Shown here: positions 49,777 through 60,596 of the stretch, one piece after another
Numbering within the stretch: position 1 is the stretch's first letter
Layout: every line of letters begins with the position of its first letter
Assembly (NCBI GenBank): GCA_963766885.1
Contig: CAVYBO010000002.1
Coordinates: 464,606-528,605, forward strand
Reading direction: 5' to 3'
From: an uncultured bacterium
Lineage (GTDB): Bacteria > Patescibacteriota > Minisyncoccia > Phycocordibacterales > CAIRYW01
DNA: 64,000 nt
Notes under the pieces: model-generated
The model's database searches: none
What the model saw: the letters and a program-made list of their open reading frames with translations, nothing else
What the model was told of the DNA's origin: nothing
Program-made: the position numbers and the translations under genes

Positions 49777-52700
49777 TTACGGATTTATTGCTTGATCAGA
49801 TGTCGGTGTGCCGATAATAAACTTGTTCTGTACACAGATGTAGTATTGATTGTTCTCATTATTTGAGCCAGGATCTTCAGATACCGCTCCAGTTCTTACA
49901 GGTAACGCGTGAGACCCGCAATACAATATTCCTGTTGGTCTATCGCTTTGTGTACCGGCATATGTGCCTTCGCATTCATGATACTTTGGTGAAGTTACAG
50001 CAACTCCCCAAAGAGAAGCTTGAACACCTCTAGCATTAGTGTCCCCAGTTACGCTACCGTCAGCATGGCGTATCAGATTGCCAGTCAAGATACACCTTCC
50101 TCCTCCGACAATAGCCTGCAGAGGTGAACAGTTTTCACTGCCATCCGGATTAAATCCTGTAAGATACTGGCCGTCTGGACAAGTTTTTTCAGCTAATAAA
50201 GGATTAGCTGCTGGTGTAGGCAAAGAAGTACAAACTTCTTTTCCGCTAGAACTAAAGCCTGAAAGATAAGATCCTGCAGCGCAAGTTCCGAGTGATGATG
50301 CCAAAGACGCCACAGATTTACATGCAAGCTTTCCTGAAGCATCTGAACCCGAAGCGTATTGTCCAGCTGGGCAGCTTGATTCTTTAGGAGTATACACCGG
50401 TATTGATTTACAGATAGCCTGACCGTTAGATTCAATTCCTGAGACATACTGACCAGCAGGACAAGCGCTTGATCCTGATGGCAACACAATTCCTTTACAT
50501 ACCACTTTTCCTCCATCTCCCAGACCTGAAGCGTATTCTCCAGCAGGGCAAACATTTGAGGTTGGAAGAGCGAAAGTAGGAATAATTTTACAGATAGCCT
50601 GACCGTTAGATTCAATTCCTGAGACATACTGACCAGCAGGACAAGCGCTTGATCCTGATGGCAACACAATTCCTTTACATACCACTTTTCCTCCATCTCC
50701 CAGACCTGAAGCGTATTCTCCAGCAGGGCAAACATTTGAGGTTGGAAGAGCGAATCCTGCAGGAATAGTTTTGCAGACTGAAGCTCCGGTAGAACTAAAG
50801 CCTGAGAGATAATCTCCAGTTGGGCAAGTTCCGAGTGATGATAGAGATGATGGTATAGTTTTGCAGACTACATTACCCTTGGAATCTAGACCGTTAGCAA
50901 ATTCTCCGGCAGGACAGCTGTTACCTGATTGAAAGGTTACTACAAGAGACTGACAGACTACTTTTCCTCCATCTCCTAGACCGGTAGCATACTTTCCAGC
51001 AGGGCAAACATTTGAGGTTGGAAGAGCGAAAGTAGGAATAATTTTACAGATAGCCTGACCGTTAGATTCAATTCCTGAGACATACTGACCAGCAGGACAA
51101 GCGCTTGATCCTGATGGCAACACAATTCCTTTACATACCACTTTTCCTCCATCTCCCAGACCTGAAGCGTATTCTCCAGCAGGGCAAACATTTGAGGTTG
51201 GAAGAGCGAATCCTGCAGGAATAGTTTTGCAGACTGAAGCTCCGGTAGAACTAAAGCCTGAGAGATAATCTCCAGTTGGGCAAGTTCCGAGTGATGATAG
51301 AGATGATGGTATAGTTTTGCAGACTACATTACCCTTGGAATCTAGACCGTTAGCAAATTCTCCGGCAGGACAGCTGTTACCTGATTGAAAGGTTACTACA
51401 AGAGACTGACAGACTACTTTTCCTCCATCTCCTAGACCGGTAGCATACTTTCCAGCAGGGCAAACATTTGAGGTTGGAAGAGCGAAAGTAGGAATAATTT
51501 TACAGATAGCCTGACCGTTAGATTCAATTCCTGAGACATACTGACCAGCAGGACAAGCGCTTGATCCTGATGGCAACACAATTCCTTTACATACCACTTT
51601 TCCTCCATCTCCCAGACCTGAAGCGTATTCTCCAGCAGGGCAAACATTTGAGGTTGGAAGAGCGAATCCTGCAGGAATAGTTTTGCAGACTGAAGCTCCG
51701 GTAGAACTAAAGCCTGAGAGATAATCTCCAGTTGGGCAAGTTCCGAGTGATGATAGAGATGATGGTATAGTTTTGCAGACTACATTACCCTTGGAATCTA
51801 GACCGTTAGCAAATTCTCCGGCAGGACAGCTGTTACCTGATTGAAAGGTTACTACAAGAGACTGACAGACTACTTTTCCTCCATCTCCTAGACCGGTAGC
51901 ATACTTTCCAGCAGGGCAAACATTTGAGGTTGGAAGAGCGAAAGTAGGAATAATTTTACAGATAGCCTGACCGTTAGATTCAATTCCTGAGACATACTGA
52001 CCAGCAGGACAAGCGCTTGATCCTGATGGCAACACAATTCCTTTACATACCACTTTTCCTCCATCTCCCAGACCTGAAGCGTATTCTCCAGCAGGGCAAA
52101 CATTTGAGGTTGGAAGAGCGAAAGTAGGAATAATTTTACAGATAGCCTGACCGTTAGATTCAATTCCTGAGACATACTGACCAGCAGGACAAGCGCTTGA
52201 TCCTGATGGCAACACAATTCCTTTACATACCACTTTTCCTCCATCTCCCAGACCTGAAGCGTATTCTCCAGCAGGGCAAACATTTGAGGTTGGAAGAGCG
52301 AATCCTGCAGGAATAGTTTTGCAGACTGAAGCTCCGGTAGAACTAAAGCCTGAGAGATAATCTCCAGTTGGGCAAGTTCCGAGTGATGTGAGGACTGGTA
52401 AATTTCCGCAAACAGCTTCGCCATTAGAATGTATTCCTGTGACATATTGACCGGTAGGACAAACATTTGATGGAAGAGTTATGACTGGTAAAGTTTTACA
52501 TATCACTTTTCCTGAAGCATCTAAACCGTCGGCAAATTCGCCGATGATACAACTGTTCGGTGATGGAAGAGTTAGACTTGCGGGCAGAGTCTTACAAATT
52601 ACCCCTCCTGATGAATTTAGACCGTCGGCAAATTCTCCAATAGGACAGTTATTGGGTATCGGAAAATAGAATGGTTTTGAATTTATTATTAACTGCCCAG

Positions 52701-53235
52701 TGCCAGTATTTGCACCAGAGCCGCCTAAAGTTATACCGTTACCAGCGACAATTTTTATTACACCTGTATTTGAAACCTGAACTGTTGGAAAACCTGAATT
52801 ATTTATTGAAATACCCGTTCCGGCAGTAATTGCAGAAATTCCCGAAACAGGGCCAGTGGTGGCTACTTGAGACGGAAAAAAACAATTCTCTCCATTTTGA
52901 TCACAATATTTTTGCGCCCCAATAGACCCAGGAACTGCAAGATCAAGAATATCAAAAGCATTGGTGTTAGGTATGGTGCTTCCGCTAGACCATCCAAAAT
53001 AGCCAGGACCAAATGATCTTAGAACTGCTGCTGCAAAGCCGCCAACTTTTGTTTGTGAAGTCGCGCTAACGGTTATAGGAAGATCACAACCAACATCACC
53101 AGACGGACAGTTGGTTGGCGCTCCAGGAGCTCCTGTCCAAGCATATGCCGCAGAGCTAACTGCAAAAACTATGAACAAAGCAACCGTTAGGGTTTTGATT
53201 TGTGCACATACTCTTTTTTTTATTTCTTGTCGCAT
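49777..53235 (-). CDS. Secreted cysteine-rich repeat protein (about 28 CPxGxY/FxxGxxxxGxxxC modules)
   Basis: Signal peptide; modules of 29-32 aa, each with two Cys. Confidence 0.85.
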   Translation of the reverse strand: MRQEIKKRVCAQIKTLTVALFIVFAVSSAAYAWTGAPGAPTNCPSGDVGCDLPITVSATSQTKVGGFAAAVLRSFGPGYFGWSSGSTIPNTNAFDILDLAVPGSIGAQKYCDQNGENCFFPSQVATTGPVSGISAITAGTGISINNSGFPTVQVSNTGVIKIVAGNGITLGGSGANTGTGQLIINSKPFYFPIPNNCPIGEFADGLNSSGGVICKTLPASLTLPSPNSCIIGEFADGLDASGKVICKTLPVITLPSNVCPTGQYVTGIHSNGEAVCGNLPVLTSLGTCPTGDYLSGFSSTGASVCKTIPAGFALPTSNVCPAGEYASGLGDGGKVVCKGIVLPSGSSACPAGQYVSGIESNGQAICKIIPTFALPTSNVCPAGEYASGLGDGGKVVCKGIVLPSGSSACPAGQYVSGIESNGQAICKIIPTFALPTSNVCPAGKYATGLGDGGKVVCQSLVVTFQSGNSCPAGEFANGLDSKGNVVCKTIPSSLSSLGTCPTGDYLSGFSSTGASVCKTIPAGFALPTSNVCPAGEYASGLGDGGKVVCKGIVLPSGSSACPAGQYVSGIESNGQAICKIIPTFALPTSNVCPAGKYATGLGDGGKVVCQSLVVTFQSGNSCPAGEFANGLDSKGNVVCKTIPSSLSSLGTCPTGDYLSGFSSTGASVCKTIPAGFALPTSNVCPAGEYASGLGDGGKVVCKGIVLPSGSSACPAGQYVSGIESNGQAICKIIPTFALPTSNVCPAGKYATGLGDGGKVVCQSLVVTFQSGNSCPAGEFANGLDSKGNVVCKTIPSSLSSLGTCPTGDYLSGFSSTGASVCKTIPAGFALPTSNVCPAGEYASGLGDGGKVVCKGIVLPSGSSACPAGQYVSGIESNGQAICKIIPTFALPTSNVCPAGEYASGLGDGGKVVCKGIVLPSGSSACPAGQYVSGIESNGQAICKSIPVYTPKESSCPAGQYASGSDASGKLACKSVASLASSLGTCAAGSYLSGFSSSGKEVCTSLPTPAANPLLAEKTCPDGQYLTGFNPDGSENCSPLQAIVGGGRCILTGNLIRHADGSVTGDTNARGVQASLWGVAVTSPKYHECEGTYAGTQSDRPTGILYCGSHALPVRTGAVSEDPGSNNENNQYYICVQNKFIIGTPTSDQAINP
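50400..52387 (-). repeat. Near-perfect intragenic tandem repeats (456-nt and 180-nt periods)
   Basis: Module order ABCBCDE-ABCDE-ABCDE-ABCBC; A-E = 152 aa (456 nt), BC = 60 aa (180 nt); shadow ORF ends at 50976/51432/51888 recur every 456 nt. Confidence 0.95.
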
Positions 53236-53264
53236 TTTTTTAATTTATCGCTAATAATTTATTA

Positions 53265-53558
53265 TTAATATTGACTGGCATTTAAAGTATCTTTCAAAAT
53301 TTGAGCTTTTTGGGCATCGCTAATCTTGATTGAAGTGTTCTTCGTGGCTTGTATGGCATTATTCATTTGTTGTTCTGTAAGAGAACTGGTGGCTGTTTTG
53401 ACTTCATTTATTACTACTTCCATTTGTTGTTGCTTTTGGATCTGAATTTCTTTATTATTTTCGTTTTGCTGATAAATATTATACCCGAAATAACCCATAA
53501 AAATTATTACTATAGTGCATATTAAGATTGTTATATAAATAATTTTCGTGTTTTTCAT
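53265..53558 (-). CDS. Small membrane-anchored protein
   Basis: N-terminal TM helix, Q/K-rich tail. Confidence 0.65.
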   Translation of the reverse strand: MKNTKIIYITILICTIVIIFMGYFGYNIYQQNENNKEIQIQKQQQMEVVINEVKTATSSLTEQQMNNAIQATKNTSIKISDAQKAQILKDTLNASQY

Positions 53559-53570
53559 TTCTGATAATAT

Positions 53571-55001
53571 TTAATTAGTTTCCGTAACGGTTCCGTTTGC
53601 ATAGCAAGTCGCAGGGTTTGATGTACTTTCTATAGTAGCTAAATCAGGTTTTTCTCCGCACTTAAGAATATATGTTTGTTCTGCTGAGTAAACACTAACT
53701 TTATGACTGGAAACCGAAGTTGCTGAAAATTGATATATAGGATTAAGAGTAGGACTGCCGCCATTATTACTAGAAACATATTGGGATAGCGTACACCAAG
53801 AATTAGAGTCGACTTTATTAAATATCCAACTTAGAGTGCACGTGCCGCCAACATCAACTGTCTTAGGATTTGCAGTAAGATTTTTTATTGATACACTGCC
53901 AGAATTAACATTACAGTTACTAGGAGTCTCTGAAGAAGCAGAAGATTCTGCTGTTCCATATGCATTTGATGCTGTAATTAAATAATTATATGCATTTCCC
54001 AAACTAACAGATGTGTCAATAAAAGGTGAAGTCTGGATGCCTAAATTCTTCCCATCAGATCTAGTTACACTGTAAGTTATAGGCTGATTTCCAGAAGAAG
54101 AATTAAAAGTCAAATACATAATCGGCGATGTCCCATAACATTGACCAACAGCAGTAACTAGCGGTACAGAGGGTCCGGTTCCGCCACCATTATTTGAACA
54201 TAAGTAATTAGGAGGTGGGATAGCACTACACACAGTGCCTGTTGAATCGTAGTATCCGGTATTTGTCATGCCACAATTATTTGGTGCAGAAATGCATGGA
54301 CACAAAGTATTTGAAGGTACTGCAGGCACGATAGGTGTACATATAGGATTAAAATTCGCATCGCAAGAATAATTTCCGGTAGTGCCTGTATTTGTCATAC
54401 CGCAAACGTTAGCTGGACTTGTGGATGTAGCGCTGCATACACCTTCGTACTGGCAAGTTTTAATTTGTGTAATGCCTGGGCCATATACAGCATAGTTTCC
54501 GGTATTGTTATCGTCTTTGCTATTAAAGCTCACCCATCCTATATAATCACCGCCCCAAGCAAAACCTTTAAATTGTTGGGTATTGGTAGCATCATATGTA
54601 ACACCATACTGACTCCCAGATAGGCTGACACAACCATTGGCTCCCGCGGTGAGAGCATCGGCAAAACCGGAAACAGCGCCTGTTGTAAGATTTACATTTG
54701 GCGTCAAACCGCAACTAGATTGGTTAAAACTGATCCAGCCAAGGCCATCACTCCAAGCGTAGCCAGAAAGCGCGCCTGTAGAAGTACTTAGATTTACTCC
54801 GTAACTGGGAGCACCAGATATGTCGCTAGAATTAAAACTTATCCATCCGATATTGTCAGACCAGGCAAAACCAGAAACATTATTATTAGGATTAGTTTGG
54901 GCTTTAAGAAGAGAAGGTGCAGCAAACAAAACAATAGTCAAAATAAATATTGTAAATATGAAGAGAGTGGATATTAAGTAAAACAGGCGACTTTGTTTCA
55001 T
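53571..55001 (-). CDS. Secreted protein with repeated SG(F/Y)AW..GW.SFN motifs and Cys/FN3-like modules
   Basis: Signal peptide; three SGFAWSDNIGWISFN-type repeats. Confidence 0.8.
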   Translation of the reverse strand: MKQSRLFYLISTLFIFTIFILTIVLFAAPSLLKAQTNPNNNVSGFAWSDNIGWISFNSSDISGAPSYGVNLSTSTGALSGYAWSDGLGWISFNQSSCGLTPNVNLTTGAVSGFADALTAGANGCVSLSGSQYGVTYDATNTQQFKGFAWGGDYIGWVSFNSKDDNNTGNYAVYGPGITQIKTCQYEGVCSATSTSPANVCGMTNTGTTGNYSCDANFNPICTPIVPAVPSNTLCPCISAPNNCGMTNTGYYDSTGTVCSAIPPPNYLCSNNGGGTGPSVPLVTAVGQCYGTSPIMYLTFNSSSGNQPITYSVTRSDGKNLGIQTSPFIDTSVSLGNAYNYLITASNAYGTAESSASSETPSNCNVNSGSVSIKNLTANPKTVDVGGTCTLSWIFNKVDSNSWCTLSQYVSSNNGGSPTLNPIYQFSATSVSSHKVSVYSAEQTYILKCGEKPDLATIESTSNPATCYANGTVTETN

Positions 55002-55095
55002 TTTTTGATTGTCTACAATTGAATTGTAACATGGACAATTTTTTTATAACAAACAAATATGTTGATAAGTGAACCTTTAATATACTAATATTTTA

Positions 55096-58000
55096 CTAAC
55101 GGACCTCCTTAAAGCTTCCATTAGGATAGCAATTAGCATAAAGCGATGGATTTACTGGTGTTGTAATTGACGTATTTACAGAACCGTCAGAATTTATCGC
55201 ATATTGCACGCAAGAGAGCCTAAATCTAGTTTCTGAAGTCACTCCACTAATGGTTGTTATGCCACTATCGCTGCTTATTGAAGTCGGACTGAAGCCAGAA
55301 GTAGTGTCGTTATATATTGAACAGCTGTAATATGTAGGATCAAAATTAGAAAGCGACCAGGAGAGATCGCAACTGTTATTACTAGTGATTATTTTGGAAG
55401 AATCTATTACTTCAAAACTATCTACGGACAAAGGAGCTGCTGCGCAGGCAGGTGCAGTGTTGTCGTAAGAATAAGCCGTGGGAGACAAAGACCCATCACT
55501 TCCTTCAGCTTGAACCGCATAGTTGTAATATGTTCCCGAAATTACTGGCGTATCAGTTGCTGTATTACCATCATTGGACAAAGGAGAATAAACTGAACAA
55601 TTGGTATCTGTAGAAGTGCATTTTGAAAAATTGTAAGTTATTCCGAGACTTGCAGGCGGTACAGATACGACGATTGATGGATTCACTCCTCCCGCTCCAC
55701 AACTTTTTGATATTTGTATGCTTGGAGTTCCTACAGAACCAACATCAACCGGAGTACATTGGATATCTTGAGCATATGCGCCTGTATCATAATCATACAC
55801 ATAAAGCTCCATATTTTCAGTTCCGGTGGCGTCATATGTGTCAGTAACAGAAGAATCGTAGTAATCTGAATAACTTGATGGGTCATACCAATCGTAAAAG
55901 TAATCTCCACTGCCCCCTGTTATATTTGCATTCCATGTAACTTGTTCGCCAACTTCTGCAGAGGATGGATCTGGGGCGCAAGTGACTGAAAGAGGCGCTG
56001 GGTTTATGTATTCATCCGAACATTGTTCCCAAGGATTTGACGGGTCATAAGCTCCCACGACTGGTATCGGATTTCCATTTGAATCCAGTACTTGAAGCGA
56101 CATTGATTGGTAACCTCCAGAACCGTACGAGGTAGTTGTTGAATCTCCTCCGTTATAAGTTATATTTCCATTTGAATCACCCCAGTTATATGTAAAAGGT
56201 CCATTATTATCATTCACGCTTGCTGTCCAAGTCACAGGATCTCCAATTGAAGCAGGGTTTGGCGATGGCGAACAAGCAAATGACGGACAGCTGTCCGAAC
56301 TCTCCGCTTCCGCGGTATTAGAAAGAACAGATTCATTGCCGGAGTCATCTACACTTGATACCTGGAAATCAAGAGGTTGGTCTGTATTATAGCCATTGCC
56401 TTGATAGGTATATGTTGTTGTCGCAGAAACACTATCAATCTGAGAACCAAAAAGATAAATGTTATAGCTTGCAGCGCCGTCTACAGGGCTCCAACTCAAA
56501 TCTACATTACCTCCGCATTCTGGGTCAGTGGAAACTGTGAAGTCTTGGGGTACGGCACAAGTTTTAGAGCCTATTACACTTGATGACGGAGAAGAAAGTG
56601 GGGATTCCCCTCCATATGAAGTAATATCAGATACTTCATATGAAAAGCCTTCATGTGTTGTGTCCTGAGTTGAATTGCAAGTTGGATCGTATACCCAATT
56701 CCAATTATCATCGTATCCAAAGCAATCAGATAATCCGCTTACATCATCTGTGTAATCTATATTTCCATCACCATCAGCTGTAACGTTAAAATTATCAGCT
56801 ATTGATTCATAATTCCCTGTTGCATAATTCAATCTATAAACATTGTACCCTGTAGCCTTAGTAACTTGCTGCCAGGACAGATCAATGTTATCTCCGCATT
56901 CATTTGAAGTTTGGGCAGTAAGACCTTGAGGAGGTGCGGGGCAGGCATCTGAACTATCAGCTTCAGCGGTATTTGAAAGGGCAGATTCATAACCGGAACC
57001 ATCCACGCTTGAAACCTGGAAATCAAGAGGCTGATCTATATTAGAACCGCCACCATCCCACGTGTATGTAGTAGCTGGTGCAGATACGCTGTCAACCAGA
57101 AAGCCAAAGTAATAAATGTTGTAATAGGAAGCGCCAGCTACAGGATTCCAACTCAAATCAACATCTCCTCCGCAGGTTTGACTAGTAGTGACAGTCAGAT
57201 TTTGAGGAGTACAGTTAGTTGAAGACATAGCGGAAGTAGCGGAACTTAACGCTGTAGGATAATAGCCGCCGATAGTTTCATATCCATTATTATCAAAACT
57301 GATACCAGATTCAACAGCACCAACTTTGTAGTAATAAGTTGTATTTCCAAGAGGCGGAGTATCAGTAAAAGGGTACGTCTCACCATACCAACCAGTATAT
57401 CCGGTAGTTGTAGCAATCTGGACGAATGGTCCAGTTAGTAGAATTTGACCGGTAAATTTCATATGTGCCTTGATAAGGAATTTGACCCCAGCCAACATTG
57501 ACGCTTCCTTGGCAAGTGGCTCCGGTCCTGGCAATCACATTTGCGGGCGCACAAGCGTTTGTAGAAGTTGTAGAGACAATATTTGAAAAAGTTTGGTTGT
57601 TCCCTCCTTCATTAATCGCGCCAATCATATAATATATTTTTTCGTTGTAACTATATTGTCGATTATCATTAAAGGAGGTTGTTGTTGCAGAAAATGGATA
57701 AAGATAAGGACCTGTAGTAGGAGTAATATTCGTCCAAGGTCCGTTTGAAGATTGGCTCCAATTTACCCAATACCCATCAGGATTATCAGTGGTAGAAGTT
57801 GCTGTAGGAGTGCTCCAACTCAAGGAAGCACCAAAGCCACCACAAGAACCCGCTGTGGTCGATTGAAGAACAGGAGCTGGCGCTGGACACTCACCAGAAT
57901 TTTCCCAATAACCTCCAGCATTAGCATATACGCCCGCGCCATTGATATTTATCGGCACTACATAGTAATTCCCACTATAACTGTAATTATACTGCTGAAT

Positions 58001-58897
58001 ATTAGGGTAAGGATTAGAAACAGTAACAACAGAATTGGGATCCGCCTTGACGTTATCAATATAACTTGTGGCAGAAGGACTTGTGGTACCAGCTAAGTAA
58101 TAATTACCGCTCTGATCGGTTTTCCAAATCTGCCATTCACTAATTACAGGAACTCCCGTCAATGGATGGAGTCCGTAAGGTCCATACCCACCTAGTGTAG
58201 TCCCAGGATAATTGCTTGGAGGAATATTCGTAGCCTGAATTGGACTGGTGCTTGCATTGAGACTTCCATAATAGCCTGGAGCATACTCAAAAACCTGAAC
58301 ATTTGTTGGCGGCGCAGTCCAACTTATCTGCTCTTTGTAACCGCACTCAGGAGCTGGTGCAACGGAAGTATTCTCAGGCGGCCATATCGGCTTACACACA
58401 GCCGAAGCCTGACTTAAGTTATATGAAGTACCAGCATAACTCTCCCAAAACTTAGTCGAATCATAAGTTATTGGTCCTGTCCCATAGGAATTTACAGGCT
58501 CTACATAAATAGTAAAATTTGTTTGATGGTAATCATTTCCAATATTCCCGTCAAAAGAATAATCGCCGCTGTCAGCTGCATTTCCCATTTGATAAGTTAC
58601 TAAATGCTGGCTACCGTTTTCTGGAACTTCTCCCAATAAGCCAGATGAGGAAGTATACGGATCAATATCACCGTTCTCATAAAAATCATAAGCCGTAGCG
58701 GTATCGCTATTTCCCCAAGCCAAATCTATGTACCCACCGCATTGAGGGTCTGGCTGAGTATAAAGCCAACTAACACCACTAGGAGGGTTATTTTGAGCCC
58801 AAACATGATTTGGAGAGAGAAAAGCGATTGTAAAAAGAAAAACTCCAAAAATAAATCCGTAGAAACTTTTTTTATTAAATAAAATTCTTTTTGACAT
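55096..58897 (-). CDS. Large secreted FN3/PKD-repeat protein, split by a frameshift at about 57435
   Basis: Signal peptide in the upstream ORF; CG..V.LSW FN3-like units in both ORFs; YEIYRSNST|TGPFVQIATT joins if one A is removed. Confidence 0.75.
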
Positions 58898-58905
58898 TTA
58901 AATTA

Positions 58906-59637
58906 TTATTTCAACTGCATGCTGAGTAAGGTGTTTTTAAAAGTGCCTTGGAGGCTATTCCAATCAGCAGTATTGGCAGTTGCCGTAAAAATATAGAGCA
59001 TGTTATTTTTGATGGCGAAAAGATTATAGTTATGAAAGTGTTGTATTCCTTCTCCATCCGACTTATCGATTTTGAGAAATGCAGGCGCGTTGGCTGGAAA
59101 TTTGACTGTTGGTATGGATGAGTAATCCACATCAAATTCAGTATCGATCAGATACGCGGGCGTACCATCCTTGAGCGTTACCGGTCCGGCTTCCATTAAC
59201 TGATAGTTTTTGGCAAATGGTTTAAGGGCAACAGGAATAAAATCATTTTTCACAGAATTTGCATAATCAATTACCGAAAGAGTGCCTGTTGCATTGTTTG
59301 ATGCCGAAGGTTTTCCATCAATAACAACAGTCGGTAAAGTAATAATGGCAGGACGCACAAAAAGAGACATGGTGGGGATTGCGCTCTGAAATCCTGGCGG
59401 CGTATTTGCCGCTGTTGTTAAAACCAGAGGGAAACCGGAAACACCGCTTAGATCCGTTCGCCAATTCGCTGGAATATTAATGCTTAAATCCTTGTTTGGA
59501 CTTACAAATGTATGAGCAGGGATACTTAATCCAGATTTCAAATACTGACCAAAATATGCATAGCATCCGATTCCAATGATAAAAAGAGCTGATATGATTA
59601 CCGCCAACAATCTGGCAAGTTTTTTATTTTTCTTCAT
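58906..59637 (-). CDS. Membrane-anchored hypothetical protein (PsbP-like fold possible)
   Basis: N-terminal TM; SINIPANW...LYIFTATA....W pattern. Confidence 0.6.
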   Translation of the reverse strand: MKKNKKLARLLAVIISALFIIGIGCYAYFGQYLKSGLSIPAHTFVSPNKDLSINIPANWRTDLSGVSGFPLVLTTAANTPPGFQSAIPTMSLFVRPAIITLPTVVIDGKPSASNNATGTLSVIDYANSVKNDFIPVALKPFAKNYQLMEAGPVTLKDGTPAYLIDTEFDVDYSSIPTVKFPANAPAFLKIDKSDGEGIQHFHNYNLFAIKNNMLYIFTATANTADWNSLQGTFKNTLLSMQLK

Positions 59638-59786
59638 GAAATGATTATAACTTAAATTGAAACGCTTTCTCCTTTTTCTATTATGAATTTTATCAACTGG
59701 ATCTGAGGAAGATTTCATTATAAAATTATAACATTATGAATATAATAGTAATAGGTACCTAAATTTTTTTATTGTACAATTACCAT

Positions 59787-60467
59787 ATGTTTAAATTTTT
59801 TGCACTGGTTCTAGCTTCAATAACTGCGTTCTGGGGAAGTCTTTTTGGATTGCATGAAACAACAACCATTCCCGCAGAAACAACTCCCGAAATTCAAACC
59901 AATATGCCGTCTGTTCCGCCTATACTAAATAATAGAATTATTGGAATAGTAAAAAAAGTTAGCGGAGACATTATTACAGTCTCGGGTAAATACCAATCAG
60001 CCACTGCTACAAGCACATATAATGTAAATGCTAAAGAAGCAAAAATAATAAAAACCTCAACAGGTTCTCCGATTTCCGTTACTGAAGTCAAAATTGGAGA
60101 CACTTTATCTATAAGCGGCACGTTATCGGGAACATCTATGCAGGCAAGTATTATTTTTGACGGAAAGATTCCTGTTCCAGTTATAACCAGTAAAGCAAGC
60201 GTCAGCGCCAAAGAACAAAGCCATTTGCAAGGAGTCAGAGGAACCGTAACTTCAATCGCCGCCAGTGTTATTAATATAAATGTTCCTGGCTATGCAGGCC
60301 AATCTTCTGAATATACCGTAAACGCCAGTCAAGCTACAATCAGAAATGTTTCTAAGCCTAATGCGACTTTGTCAGATATTTCAGTTGGCGATATTGTAAT
60401 TGTCCAAGGAGTTTTTAATGGAAATTCCATCACAGCACAGATAATAATTGATGGGCTGCCAAAATAG
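59787..60467 (+). CDS. Secreted protein with two OB-fold (DUF5666-like) repeats
   Basis: Two GxV...Y.VNA..A.I....I.VGD...V.G......A.II.DG units. Confidence 0.7.
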   Translation: MFKFFALVLASITAFWGSLFGLHETTTIPAETTPEIQTNMPSVPPILNNRIIGIVKKVSGDIITVSGKYQSATATSTYNVNAKEAKIIKTSTGSPISVTEVKIGDTLSISGTLSGTSMQASIIFDGKIPVPVITSKASVSAKEQSHLQGVRGTVTSIAASVININVPGYAGQSSEYTVNASQATIRNVSKPNATLSDISVGDIVIVQGVFNGNSITAQIIIDGLPK

Positions 60468-60505
60468 TTTCCTGTTCAGAATTAATATAATAATAAAAAT
60501 TTAAT

Positions 60506-60570
60506 TTGACTTTTTGTTTAAAATAGGATAGTATAGGGTTGCAAGTTCGCCGCGTGGCGGGCTTTTGTTT
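60506..60570 (+). promoter_or_regulatory. nusA promoter with leader hairpin/attenuator
   Basis: TTGACT...TAGTAT, then GTTCGCC-GCGT-GGCGGGC followed by TTTTGTTTTT. Confidence 0.5.
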
Positions 60571-60596
60571 TTATAGAAAATCAATAAAATATAAAC

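Noticed and set aside
50400-52387. Repeat array as a CRISPR array or second TR/VR system
   Set aside because: Repeats are in-frame coding units of 180 and 456 nt with no unique spacers, no cas genes and no adenine-specific mismatches
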